DNA of 64,000 nt. It comes from a virus. A model generated the notes under the pieces. That model saw nothing but the letters and a program-made list of their open reading frames with translations. It ran no database searches and was not told the DNA's origin. Position numbers and translations under genes: made by a program. Location: the IMG/VR virus record IMGVR_UViG_3300050821_007134, positions 1 to 64,000 of that record, one strand, 5' to 3'. This document shows, in pieces, positions 21,632-32,143 of this stretch; position 1 is the first letter of the stretch; every line of letters begins with the position of its first letter.

Positions 21632-24600
21632 CCTTTAAGAGCTTTATCCATGGCTTCCACGGCTTTATCGATATAGGGGCTTACGGCCTTTCTAACCTTG
21701 GCCACAAGCTCTTCGCCTTCATCGTCTGATTCCTTTTCGACTAATGCGGCGTGTTCTATGGCTTCATGGTAGAAATCTTCGGCCATACTCCAAATGGCCA
21801 ATTTGTCTTCGCCTTTATTGGAAACCAATTCATAAGATGCTGCGGCGCGACTTGCCCACTTCCATGCTGTTTCTTCTTCAATTTGCCTATGGGTTTTTGA
21901 AGCGATCTCGTCTCGGGCTTCTTCAATTTTCAACATTTAATTTCTCCAATTTGTAAATACCGCCTTCGGTTTCTACAGTCAGACCATTTTGGGTTTGATC
22001 CAAAACTTTGACTATTGGGCTAGTTCTGATGTATCTACTGAGACCGCGAGTGACTCTGAGAGCAGGATCTCCTTGAACGTCAACGACCTCTAAGCTTCCC
22101 GAAACACCTTCGCCAGGGCTTACGCGGGTGAATTCAGATTTTGCATGAATTTTGGTTAGTCTGTAATCCACATCGGGCAAGTCTTTGATAACTTGAGGAG
22201 TTTTTTCTTTCACTGTGTCGGCTACTGTAATTTTCATCATTTTGAGTGCATCCCATCTTTATTGTTTGCTTTATCGATACATTTCGTAATCACGAATGCC
22301 TTTCGATATTCTGTTTCATAACGTTTGACTTCTTCTGAATTTAAACCTTTTTCATAACATTCTGCAACGGCATCTGCGCACTTCTGAATATCACTTTGGT
22401 TTCTACAGCCAACTTTTATGAGAGCTACGACCAAAATTTCACTAATCATTGTGGTATCTCCGTGTTAAGAGGAGTTCTCATGCGTAATTGTAGATCTGAT
22501 TCTTTTGAATCAATAATTTTTCCAAGGGGACCAAGGCGACAGAAAACTGCCACTCGGTAATAAATCTCTCCATTATCATTCTTGCGAGGATAATAATCAA
22601 CAATGGCGCCAAAACAGTTTTCATAAAATGGCTGACCATGGATCAGAACCATATCGTTGGCCTTAAACTGAAGCTCTTCTTGCTTAACAACATTAGATGG
22701 TTCTTCGGCACATCCTAGAAGGAAAGCGAACAAGACTAAAAATAAAAACTTCATTTGGTCTCCTCTGGATACAAAATTTTTCTTAAGTTCTCGTTAAATT
22801 CTTTTCTCTTGGCCATAGATTCTTTGAGCATGTAGTGCATGATGAAAAGGAAGTTTATAATGGCGGTAGGGAAGACAAAAGAATCAGATTTGACATAAAG
22901 GATATTGACCATAACTGTTAGGAAGGCCGATAGCCACAAAAAGAAAGTGTATTTGATAAAAAGGAAAAAATTCACAGCCATATGCTGTTTCAAAAGCTTT
23001 TGAACTGCTTGTTTTTGTTCTGGAGTTACTACTTTGTCTTCCATTAATCCCACCAAGCGTTTTGATATTTCTTCAAAATTTTGTTGAGTCTGTCGAAATC
23101 TCTCATGCGATCCCGCCAGGCTAAACCGGCATCGCGCAGAGTGTCTATTCCTTCTTCTCTCTTATCTGTCTCGGTTTTAACACCTTTTCGACCGCAAGTC
23201 CAGTCAATAAATCCTTGTTCGTCTAAAAGTCTTTTGAGATTCATCCGGCCCCATTTTTTATCGTGAGCTTTTCTGTATGGCTCTTCGTATTGGTTCTCAT
23301 ATAAACGATTACAGATCTTAATAGCTTCTTTCATGGCTTGTTTGACGGGCTTCGGATAAACTCCATAACCTTCATCCATGCATTTTTTGACGCGCTGAAG
23401 CTTAAAAGCCATGATGGCGAACATAGAGTCTGATTCGAAGTCGTATTTGTCCCAAACAAATCTACCGAATGCAATTGCTCGACTGAGACTCTCGTAAAAT
23501 ACTCGAATATTGATCTTAATGGGATAGAAGATCTCGTCATTCAAATATTCCCAGAATTCTTTTAACCGTTTCACGCCCATTCCTCTTCTTTAAAGTCTAC
23601 TGCTACCATGTGATCGTAGCAATTAATACACGGTTTGTCGGTGCCTTTTCTCTTATATTCTTCGGGAACTTCTCGTTCCTTATCTTCTTCAGAAAGAGGT
23701 CTATCGCAAAGCCAACAATTATCGGGCATCTTTTTCTACCTTGGTTGGGAAGCTGGCAGTTACTTTATATGTACCCGACTCTTTGACGGTGAAAAGAAAA
23801 GTAATAGGGTCCTTTTCGTACAGGGCTAGTCGGCGTTTAAGATCGGACACATGATCAAAATAAAGAGCCAAATTTACAATTATGAAAGAAAAAACCCACG
23901 GACGAATGGTGTTTGTCATTGTTAAAGACACCAGAATTATGAAGGTAGCCAAAAATCCAAGACCGTTTAACCAATAAAGAACTTTTCTTACTTTCACCAA
24001 TTTCTCCTATTTCTACAAATATACCATACTTTTATTTTTACTAACAACTTTTATATTTTTCTGCAAGTTCCTAGTAAAAATGCAAGTATTTGATTCTACA
24101 AGTTTTTCTACAAGTTTTGCAGCAAATCTTGCAGAAAGTCATGTTCAATAAGAGTGTTCATTATCGCTGAACAACGATAAATCTATGAACATGAATAACT
24201 ATTCCCCAGTAAAATCAGATAGTAACTGCTGGACTTGCCCTAAAGTATTTCTGTCGACCGTCGTAATTTGTGTGCGAACTCTAGCTAAACAGGCCAGGCC
24301 AAACCCGTGTCGATTCTTTACAACTTCAAAGTCCGTTAATGACGCGGCCATCCAAGTTCTTGGAGCAACGCGAACCAAATAATTTGTGGAGCCCATTTCT
24401 ACAGTGTGATTGGTCACCAAATTCTCAAGAATCTCTTCTTTCTTTGCGCTGTACATATGGGTAAAATTAGCCTGATAAAACAGGGCAGTCTTAAGAATAG
24501 ATTTCGTATCTCCTTTAGAGAGGAAAGCTTCTTTTCTTTCGTAGTCTGAGGTACTTTCCGTTATACCTTCTGGGCTCCAATTAGCGGCAGGACTGCTAAT

Positions 24601-24926
24601 CAGGGTATTATACGAGAATCGTCTAGTTTTAGGATTTAGCTCACGCACGGAGAGCATTTCCAAAAATCGGTCGACAGTAATCAATTCCACATTGCCAAAG
24701 GCGCACTCTAGATTTTTCATTTCTCCAACTTCTTTCTTAATTTTAAAGCCAAATCGTAGGCATCTAATAAATTACTGTCATCTACGAGTTTTACTAACTC
24801 GACAAACTGGGGAACCAAGGCAATAGCTCGTGCATCCGATTCCAAATTCACGTCCAAAGATTCCTCACCCATCAAAACGTGATGGTGGCCTTCAGCTTTC
24901 TGGTATTTCCATGGTCCCTTGGTCAT
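21628..24926 (-). CDS. Run of about 10 small hypothetical ORFs, including a lipoprotein (22446-22754) and a GPW...ARAIALVP family protein (24717-24926)
   Basis: Tightly overlapping starts and stops in the ORF track. Confidence 0.55.
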
Positions 24927-24929
24927 TTA

Positions 24930-25066
24930 CTCTCCAAACGTATGTTTATAAACATACTTTGTAAAGGTATTTTTATGTTTATAAACATACTTATTCTCTT
25001 AAACGAACAATCGATTTAAGGGAATAATTATGTAGATCTATGCCTCGGACTATAGATCTAAATAAT
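24930..25066. repeat. Palindrome island: perfect 18-bp palindrome GTATGTTTATAAACATAC repeated 33 bp later, plus further inverted repeats
   Basis: TATGTTTATAAACATACT at 24941 and 24974; TTATTCTCTTAAA...TTTAAGGGAATAA; TAGATCTA twice. Confidence 0.8.
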
Positions 25067-25067
25067 C

Positions 25068-25484
25068 CTATCTTATCAAATACTTAATGGCACTTTTTAG
25101 CAATTCTGGGTTGTCTAAGAACATGCCAATGCCAACATTACACCTCTTGCAAAGAAGTCCGCGAACCTCTCCAGTCTTATGGTCGTGATCTATTGGAGGC
25201 CTTGATTTGAAGGAATCTCCACAAATCTGACATTTATTAAGGCACGTCTCAATCATTTTCTCAAAAGTATCAAGAGTTATTCCATAATTATGTCTAAGTT
25301 TAGAATCCAATCCCTTGCTGCTCTTACTCCAAATTTTGGCTCGTGCAGTTTTAGATTCCTTATGTTTTTGATAATCTCTTTTGTCAAATCCTGTTTTCTT
25401 TGCCCACTGCTTTCTATAATGATTTCTGCAAAGATTTATCGCATAGATTTTACTTATACAATTTTCCTCAATACAATGTCTCAT
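25068..25484 (-). CDS. Endonuclease VII-domain protein (probable free-standing homing endonuclease)
   Basis: YGITL...CQIC...IDHDHKTGEVRGLLCKRCNVGIGMFLD. Confidence 0.88.
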   Translation of the reverse strand: MRHCIEENCISKIYAINLCRNHYRKQWAKKTGFDKRDYQKHKESKTARAKIWSKSSKGLDSKLRHNYGITLDTFEKMIETCLNKCQICGDSFKSRPPIDHDHKTGEVRGLLCKRCNVGIGMFLDNPELLKSAIKYLIR

Positions 25485-25889
25485 TTTGCAAGACTCAAGA
25501 AACTTAAATAATGGATATGGCTATTGGAAGAGAAAATACTTGCGATCAGAGATAAAAGCACTGCTGACTTAAAAAGCCCTGGTAATTTGCTAGTTTTAGG
25601 TAAACCATCCCTATAAACCGTAGCCGCCAGGCCCAGTGTGACCCATATACCGAAGTGAACGACATAGTGATGGCCCCATTGGATGAAATAGTTCATTTTA
25701 CGACTTTTAGGCCAGGCAGAAAGGCTAACCTTTCCAAACCGCATCCGGCCCACATTTCAAAGGGATCTTTAGAATTTTCCACCGGAACAGCGATTTTATT
25801 GTCGCCATATCTTATGACTTTCCATTGTCTTTTGCCGTCTGTAAGCTTGGTACCAACTCTGGCCGAATTTATGATCTGCGCTATCGTTT

Positions 25890-26717
25890 TCATAAGTTAT
25901 GCTGCTCCGCAATAAAAGATTTAATAAATTTAAACAATTCGGCGCCTAGCGCCTTTCTAATAGCCTTCATCTCGTCATCGGTACCCGCAATCTGACCTTC
26001 CTTGATTAAATCGTTGGTATAGTCGGCGCAGATATTCTTAATGGAAGACGGGTACTCTCTTAAGTAGACCTCGTCACGCGACAGGAGCTTCTCCAGGCGC
26101 ATTGGCTGTAAAAGATGTGAAACATCAGGGCCAGCCGGTCTGGGCTCACCCTTGGGGCGATCAGGCTTTTTCCAGGCAGTTTCTTCGGCCTTAAAGACTT
26201 TTTTGAATCTTAAATCGGTGCCAAGCAAATGAACAACGATTCCTTCTGGCGACATGTATCCAGGAACCAAAGCTGAGCCCTTTTCACGCAGTGTGTTAAA
26301 AGCTTCATTGATAGCTTCAGAACTGAAGGGACCTTTATAAAGTAGGGGAACACCGACTACACGATTAGGAAGCGGCTTACCATCGATTCTGGCGATATTG
26401 AACACGGCGAAGACCTTTTCTGTAAGACCTTCACTAGAATTGATGCCAGGGCCTACCCATTCTCCGAACCAAGTACCTTCGCCAAGTTTTTCGATGAGTT
26501 CTGCTTTATTATCTTCAACGAATCGTGCAAAACCAAAATTGTCGTCGTCTACAGTAAGCCAGCGGTTACGGGAACCGGCTTTAATATCATAGGTTACTCT
26601 GTCCCCATCGGAAACTTGATAAATCAAAATTTGGGCATTCGTACCATGAAGTTTTTGGGTAATAGTGACAGCGGCCTTCCCGATTTGCTTTACATCGGGA
26701 AATGACTTAAATTCCAT
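25890..26717 (-). CDS. RNA ligase, Rnl2-like family
   Basis: Motif I TQKLHGTNA, plus GSRNRW, DNFGFA, FGEWVGPGI and PEGIVV. Confidence 0.8.
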   Translation of the reverse strand: MEFKSFPDVKQIGKAAVTITQKLHGTNAQILIYQVSDGDRVTYDIKAGSRNRWLTVDDDNFGFARFVEDNKAELIEKLGEGTWFGEWVGPGINSSEGLTEKVFAVFNIARIDGKPLPNRVVGVPLLYKGPFSSEAINEAFNTLREKGSALVPGYMSPEGIVVHLLGTDLRFKKVFKAEETAWKKPDRPKGEPRPAGPDVSHLLQPMRLEKLLSRDEVYLREYPSSIKNICADYTNDLIKEGQIAGTDDEMKAIRKALGAELFKFIKSFIAEQHNL

Positions 26718-27024
26718 TGGTTTCTCCTTATAAGCTTACGACAACCGGGAAATCAACTGGCTTAGTAGAGCCAGAACGTAAAGCTGTATAGACCACTGGT
26801 AAAATGTCTAAGACCAATCCATCTGGAGTAGAAATTGTAACAATTTGGCTTTGTCCATCAGACCCAGGAGCGCCAATTCTAACTTTTGTTCTCATGGAAT
26901 CGCTAAGTACTTCTTGCTGTTCTGTAGTCATAACGATATGGGTTGGTTGTTTATTATTTGTTTTGATAAACTCTGTAACCAATTCTGACATGAGTTCTTC
27001 AGTAACAATTTTCATATTTTCTCC

Positions 27025-27456
27025 TTAAAAGTTAATGCCTAAACCTAAATCAACTTGGCCGCTGGAAGTTCCACCAGCGCCGCGCAAAACTCGATTATTT
27101 TCTTTAACAAACAATGGACCTGCGATATCTGCTTTAAGTCCAAGTTCAGCTCCGGCCAATCCTGAAACAGATCCGGATGATGATTCAATTCTTGTTCCAA
27201 CTACTGGACCAAAATTGATTGGGCCGAGTTGTAAGCCGCCTGAAAGAAGGGCCGTATTTTGTCGAGAATTTCTGGTTGTCTGTGCTTCCAAAGAAGCGTA
27301 AGTTTCTCGATCACCAACTGAATAAGAAAGTCCGTAGGCTGGTGTCAAATTATCGTTACCGATAAGATGAACTCCTAGAGAATCCGCGTGAGCATTAGTC
27401 ATCGTTCCCAAAACTACGACGAGGACCACTGCTAAAATAAACATCAATTTTTTCAT
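27025..27456 (-). CDS. Small outer-membrane beta-barrel protein
   Basis: Signal peptide ending AHA, amphipathic beta strands and C-terminal LGLGINF beta-signal. Confidence 0.65.
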   Translation of the reverse strand: MKKLMFILAVVLVVVLGTMTNAHADSLGVHLIGNDNLTPAYGLSYSVGDRETYASLEAQTTRNSRQNTALLSGGLQLGPINFGPVVGTRIESSSGSVSGLAGAELGLKADIAGPLFVKENNRVLRGAGGTSSGQVDLGLGINF

Positions 27457-27989
27457 TTTCTTTTACCTTTCAAGTCGGTTGAGGTCTTAGTCTTGTGACA
27501 AGAGTAACAAATGGCCTGATGGTTGTCAAGGCCTAAACTTTGGCCACCTTTATAAATGGGAATTATATGGTCTACTTCAAGCCTGCGTTCTTTGGGGGTC
27601 TTATGTTTCAAATTCTTTACGTGGTGCCAAGAAAACTTATTCCTGTAATCCCAAGGCTCAAAAAATCCACCTCGACTGTTCCATGCTTCAACGATCATGT
27701 CTAAAAGTGGAACGTAATCATATTGACATAGCGCGCATTTAAAGTCTTGACGTTGCAAAAGATAATATAGGCCCTGTTCCTTTTGAGGATAAGACCAGGC
27801 CATGGCCATATCTCCGCACTCGCTCGTGCAATATTTTTGGTTCCCATGATGAAGTCTGCCTTCTCCACACCACGCACAATATCTTAGAAGATCACGAGTA
27901 ATAGCTCGTAAACCGCCCAGATTATAGCTGCGCTTAGTCCAACTCTTATTGAGTTCCTCAACTTTAGGATTGGGCGATTTTTTGAACAT
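27453..27989 (-). CDS. HNH endonuclease
   Basis: CALC...EVDHIIPIYKGG...LDNHQAICYSCHKTKT. Confidence 0.88.
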   Translation of the reverse strand: MFKKSPNPKVEELNKSWTKRSYNLGGLRAITRDLLRYCAWCGEGRLHHGNQKYCTSECGDMAMAWSYPQKEQGLYYLLQRQDFKCALCQYDYVPLLDMIVEAWNSRGGFFEPWDYRNKFSWHHVKNLKHKTPKERRLEVDHIIPIYKGGQSLGLDNHQAICYSCHKTKTSTDLKGKRK

Positions 27990-28312
27990 TACGGAGCTGG
28001 ATTAAATATCGTATTTGCGTTCGCTGTCGAAGGAATAGTATTTTGATTATTAGGATTCTGCCAATCCAAAGTCAGTGACGTGTTATTCGCCAAATATTGA
28101 ATAGTGTATCCTGCTGCCTGGAATGCAGCCGTAATTGTATCCAAGTTAAGTCCTCCGGGGACCGCCACGGTTACTCGATACGCGCCGGTATTTGCAGCTG
28201 TCTGGATAGCCGTATCCAGGCCAGCAATAAATGCCTGTGTTGCAACGCTAGTAGCATTGATTACTGCCGCATCCGATAAGGCTTTTGCATCTGTTGCTAA
28301 TAAATTACTCAT
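27989..28312 (-). CDS. Hypothetical A/T/N-rich protein, possibly virion-associated
   Basis: Amino-acid composition resembles the structural proteins. Confidence 0.45.
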   Translation of the reverse strand: MSNLLATDAKALSDAAVINATSVATQAFIAGLDTAIQTAANTGAYRVTVAVPGGLNLDTITAAFQAAGYTIQYLANNTSLTLDWQNPNNQNTIPSTANANTIFNPAP

Positions 28313-29072
28313 TTTCTAATCTCCCTAATTTTTCTAAAATTTGCTTTGTAGAGTTCAGTCCAATATGGACGGAAACTCTCTTATTTGCTTTTGGATTCAT
28401 TACTTTCATGGAGCCATAGTCTTCTGCGTCAGCTACTATCTTATAGCCCTTCACATCACAGAATGTCTTCAATTGTTCGTAGCTATTAAGTGATACCCCA
28501 AGTTCCCTTTGAATAATTTCGCAATTTCTAGGGTGATGAAGTGTTTCTGGATCAACTTTGTCTAGTATGGCCATTACCATCTTTATGAAGAGACCGTGGG
28601 AAACGACTACGATTGGCCGACCTTCCGGGAAACCTTCTAAAAATCTGACAAATTTATTGGCGCGAATAAGAACATCCTGGAGACTTTCGCCGCCGTCGAA
28701 CTCAATCTCCATGAACTCTGTTAAACCCCAGCCACTATCTCTGAATCTTTCAAATTTAGCCCAATTTTCATCATGACCGACCAAATTCATGTGTTGTTCG
28801 GTGATATCGGGACGCATGATAGGGAATATAGTAAGTTGCATTGACTTGGCCATTTCTTCATATGTCTGTAGGGCTCTTAGCCAAGAAGAAACGAAGACTA
28901 GAGGAATAACATCACTGCCTGAAAGTAATTCTTTTACCTTCAATCCAGCTTCTATAGCCTGTTCATGGCCTAATTTAGTCAACGGGACTGTCCCTTCGTC
29001 CATAGTGCGGAGCAGATGCCAATCGACATTGGCTTCGCTCTGGCCGTGACGAACTAGATAGAGAGTTTTCAC
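28305..29072 (-). CDS. Histidine phosphatase (phosphoglycerate mutase family)
   Basis: LYLVRHGQSEAN, LRALQT, GES, VVVSHG and NCE. Confidence 0.9.
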   Translation of the reverse strand: MKTLYLVRHGQSEANVDWHLLRTMDEGTVPLTKLGHEQAIEAGLKVKELLSGSDVIPLVFVSSWLRALQTYEEMAKSMQLTIFPIMRPDITEQHMNLVGHDENWAKFERFRDSGWGLTEFMEIEFDGGESLQDVLIRANKFVRFLEGFPEGRPIVVVSHGLFIKMVMAILDKVDPETLHHPRNCEIIQRELGVSLNSYEQLKTFCDVKGYKIVADAEDYGSMKVMNPKANKRVSVHIGLNSTKQILEKLGRLENE

Positions 29073-29449
29073 TTAGCAGTTTCTCCGGTCTCTATTTTAT
29101 CCAAACGCGCTTGAGCTAACTGTTCTGTAAATCCTCCGGGATATCGTTTTTCAAGCTTGTCATGATTCATTTGCATGACCTCTTCGAAGGACGATCCGAT
29201 TTCATCTAATAATAGTGCCATGTACCAAAGAATGTCACCGACTTCTTCTTTGACATTTTCTACATCCAAGGCTTTGTTGTAAAGAACTGATTTTTTAACT
29301 GCATCGGTTACTTCACCGACTTCACCGGCCAAACCCATGACTGCGTGCATGAGACGCATTTGTCCATGGTTTGCACGGAGGCGTTCCATCAAATCAACGT
29401 AACCTCGATCTTTAGTTATCGCCCATTTCAGATAATTGTTGTTGTTCAT
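29069..29449 (-). CDS. MazG-like nucleoside triphosphate pyrophosphohydrolase
   Basis: GLAGEVGEV...EEVGDILWY...NHDKLEKRYP. Start moved to the ATG at 29449, which has a GAGGAG RBS. Confidence 0.88.
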   Translation of the reverse strand: MNNNNYLKWAITKDRGYVDLMERLRANHGQMRLMHAVMGLAGEVGEVTDAVKKSVLYNKALDVENVKEEVGDILWYMALLLDEIGSSFEEVMQMNHDKLEKRYPGGFTEQLAQARLDKIETGETAK

Positions 29450-29894
29450 CTTTTCTCCTCTTTTCTTCTTCTGCTTGAAATTTATCAATTGCGCGGATTA
29501 CGCTACTAGAAACGTGCGTCAGATTTCTGTCCGCAAGAAAATAAACAGTAGGAATTTTCATACCAAGATCTTCGTTTGTATATTGCTGAACTTTTTCATA
29601 TTCTAGATCTTGGCCAGTGCGAAGTCCTCGAATTATTGCATACTGATGATTCTCTAGCGCGTGCCCTAAAACATAATTGCCGATTACAATGAACAGGAAT
29701 GTATTCTTTCTCTGTATGATTTCGATGCCGCTTTGAAAATTTGGAATTTCTAATGGTTTGGTTGGTCCTGTTTTTTCTGGATTCGTAAGTTGCAATATGA
29801 CTACCCTATCGAAAACTTTCAAAGCCTTCGCTAGAACATCCGAATGACCATCGTGCCAGGGATTAAAAGAACCTGGGTAAAAACCTATCTTCAT
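29412..29894 (-). CDS. coaD: Phosphopantetheine adenylyltransferase-like protein
   Basis: FYPGSFNPWHDGH, NPEK, IIRGLRTGQDLEYE and HVSSSVIR. Confidence 0.8.
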   Translation of the reverse strand: MKIGFYPGSFNPWHDGHSDVLAKALKVFDRVVILQLTNPEKTGPTKPLEIPNFQSGIEIIQRKNTFLFIVIGNYVLGHALENHQYAIIRGLRTGQDLEYEKVQQYTNEDLGMKIPTVYFLADRNLTHVSSSVIRAIDKFQAEEEKRRKDEQQQLSEMGDN

Positions 29895-30496
29895 CTAGTC
29901 ACCAAGTAGAAAATTATTGCGTAATGCGTCAAGTGGTGAACGCCCTGGTCTAGACCTAAACTCAGCCAGAAATTCACATTATTCTTAAATTTCTTTTTGA
30001 ATGCTTCGTCTTGATTTTTTACAAAATTTACGCATTCCGGATGTTTGGAGGCTCTCATATCTGGACTTACAGACTGTTGATAATCCTCATATTCTTGTTT
30101 CGAGATGGCGTGATAACGGCCAAGAAGCTTTGGTGAGGCTTTTATTCTATCCATGATGAAGTGAACGACCATGTCGAAAAGAGCTAGCTTGCCGGAATAA
30201 ATGGAAAGTGAAAGAAGCGCTCTCGGAACGTCTACATACAGTGGAAAGTAGAAATGCAAGGGAGCGCCATTCATAATCATAAAAAATTTAAAAAGAAAAA
30301 CAATGACGAAGGTGAAGGCGCCATGAACTGCTACGTGAGCTAAGAGAGGACCTACGAATTTAAGACCTGGCTTAAATTTGCCGAGCATATATCTAGAATT
30401 TAACTGAAATGTGTAATCAGCCAGAAAGTGCTTGATCTGATAAACGACAAGTAGAACAAAAATTGTACCAATGTAATGAGCTGTAGCTTCACTCAT
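29891..30496 (-). CDS. DUF3307-like membrane protein
   Basis: KHFLADY, HVAVHG, HFIMD and LGLDQGVHH. Confidence 0.75.
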   Translation of the reverse strand: MSEATAHYIGTIFVLLVVYQIKHFLADYTFQLNSRYMLGKFKPGLKFVGPLLAHVAVHGAFTFVIVFLFKFFMIMNGAPLHFYFPLYVDVPRALLSLSIYSGKLALFDMVVHFIMDRIKASPKLLGRYHAISKQEYEDYQQSVSPDMRASKHPECVNFVKNQDEAFKKKFKNNVNFWLSLGLDQGVHHLTHYAIIFYLVTR

Positions 30497-30734
30497 AAGA
30501 TAACTTCCTCTCCCTCGAAGTTCTTAAGTTCTTTTTCAAAATCTGTAACCATAGACAGGCGTTCAGTTTTACTGGGTTCGTAGATAATTCCAGCCATTGC
30601 GCGATCGACCTTGCCCATAAGTTCTATCCATTCCTCAACCACGGCTTTTCTTTCCTGTGACGTTTCCTTTTCCGCTATTTCCTTCACTGCTCCGTGGAAT
30701 ACTTTGAGAAGTGCCATAAAGTCCGAACGCTTTA

Positions 30735-31124
30735 TCATACTGTTATCCTATATTTGTCAAATTTATCTGAACTGACAGTGAAAGAACTTTTTATTTCTGA
30801 TAAGGTCGTCCAAGGTATCCAGTACCGTTTGTTTGTTTCTGAATCAAAAATAAACATCCAATCGAAATCTCCTTCAACGTAAGCAGATCTTCCTTTGGAC
30901 CTTCCCCTTCTGAAATTTACAGATCTTGCGGTGCCTTTTTTACAAAAATAAGCACTTTTAACTTGTACCTTAAGCCATTTATTCTGGATAGAACAAAATA
31001 TTAAAAAGTCATATGACAAATCATGTTCTATGGGCTCACAAATGTCTGAATAGCCTCTTTGTAAGATCCATTTTAGGAACTCACTTTCTGCTATCAATCC
31101 TTTTTTAGTCGAATTTAAGATCAT
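30735..31124 (-). CDS. PD-(D/E)XK endonuclease (group I intron-associated family)
   Basis: KGLIAE...YDFL...KVQVKS...Y...DFD. Confidence 0.8.
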   Translation of the reverse strand: MILNSTKKGLIAESEFLKWILQRGYSDICEPIEHDLSYDFLIFCSIQNKWLKVQVKSAYFCKKGTARSVNFRRGRSKGRSAYVEGDFDWMFIFDSETNKRYWIPWTTLSEIKSSFTVSSDKFDKYRITV

Positions 31125-31141
31125 GTTCTTCCTTTAAAAAG

Positions 31142-31421
31142 AAAGTTGGGCGGGACGCGACCCCCGCTCTCTCATAAACTGAGATTATCACACTAAAGGT
31201 GTTATGGCCAGTCTCTTAATCATCCACTACCTGCTCGATCAGGTTTGTCGGCGCACTTGCGCAATAACGCCGTACTGCTCTTCGCCATAAAGGCAATTTC
31301 TTCCTTTTAAGCGGGCCATAGGATAACTGCTTTCCTGGCAGCCACTTCAAGTCAATCCGAGAACATAGCGCACCAGGCGGCGATGGCCTGGTAGGACCGG
31401 GTTTCTCTCCCGATTGGACTA
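31142..31421 (-). ncRNA. Large tRNA-like structured RNA 1 (tRNA-mimic core about 31142-31348 plus a 5' multibranch domain)
   Basis: Acceptor-like GAAGT-GG/CC-A-ACTTT, D-like arm CTGC-CAGGAAA-GCAG, T-like arm GCGGG-GGTCGCGT-CCCGC. Insert has many helices (TATGGCC/GGCCATA, ACCTG/CAGGT, TCTCA/TGAGA). No long ORF. Confidence 0.65.
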
Positions 31422-31474
31422 ACCTAAATCAAATAGGGCAATATCACCCTAAATTAGGTAATATGAAGCTTTCA

Positions 31475-31960
31475 TTACCCTATTCTAAAGGGTAAAGAAC
31501 TTTTTCGGGCCATTTCATTCAAGCCCTTGATTCCATGAATTTTTTTAATTAAGTGGTAAGATATAAAACCAAGTTTTTTGGTCGTAGTACAAATCAAAAT
31601 ATTGTTCTTGTACCATTTCAGTGTCGCATAATAAAATAGACCTTTTCTTTCCCAAAGATTTTTCTCCGAATATGGACCAAGATCAACGAGGATTGTGTGT
31701 TTTGGAGAGTCTTCTGTACGCTCATTATCGTACATTTCCCGCGTAGGGATATCTAAACCAATCATGTATTCGACTTTAAGTTTTTGGGGAATATCATCCA
31801 TCACTTGACGATATTGCGCTAAAAGATCAAATTCTTTCCAATCCTTGTGGATCAAGAGAACGTCCAAAACACGATGGGATTTGAAGATCACTCCAATTTT
31901 CGTGTAACCCTTGGATTCCATGGAAGCCAGGAGATTACGGGTCTCTTTTCGACTCATCAT
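31475..31960 (-). CDS. Hypothetical protein
   Basis: 161 aa ORF. Confidence 0.55.
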   Translation of the reverse strand: MMSRKETRNLLASMESKGYTKIGVIFKSHRVLDVLLIHKDWKEFDLLAQYRQVMDDIPQKLKVEYMIGLDIPTREMYDNERTEDSPKHTILVDLGPYSEKNLWERKGLFYYATLKWYKNNILICTTTKKLGFISYHLIKKIHGIKGLNEMARKSSLPFRIG

Positions 31961-32143
31961 GCGAAATCCGTTTCAAATGTTTCGAGTTCTTGATTGGGGC
32001 CGCATTCATCCAGAGTAGGTTGAATCGTAGGCGTAGTGGCACAAGCCGACATCAATAGGGCCAAAATTATAAGAATTGCGACTTTTGACATTCTGTAAGA
32101 ATATCATGGTCCAATTACTAAGGGAAGTAGATTTTAGTAGGAA

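Noticed and set aside
29412-29894. NMNAT of an NAD-reconstitution anti-defence pathway
   Set aside because: The IRGLR/DLEYE/VSSS motifs are PPAT-like, and no Nampt or PRPP-synthetase-like partner is present in the window.
31142-31348. tmRNA or canonical tRNA
   Set aside because: No GGGG 5' end, G3-U70 pair, TTCRA T-loop, CCA end, or tag ORF ending in hydrophobic-AA. I found no canonical tRNA anywhere in the window by eye.
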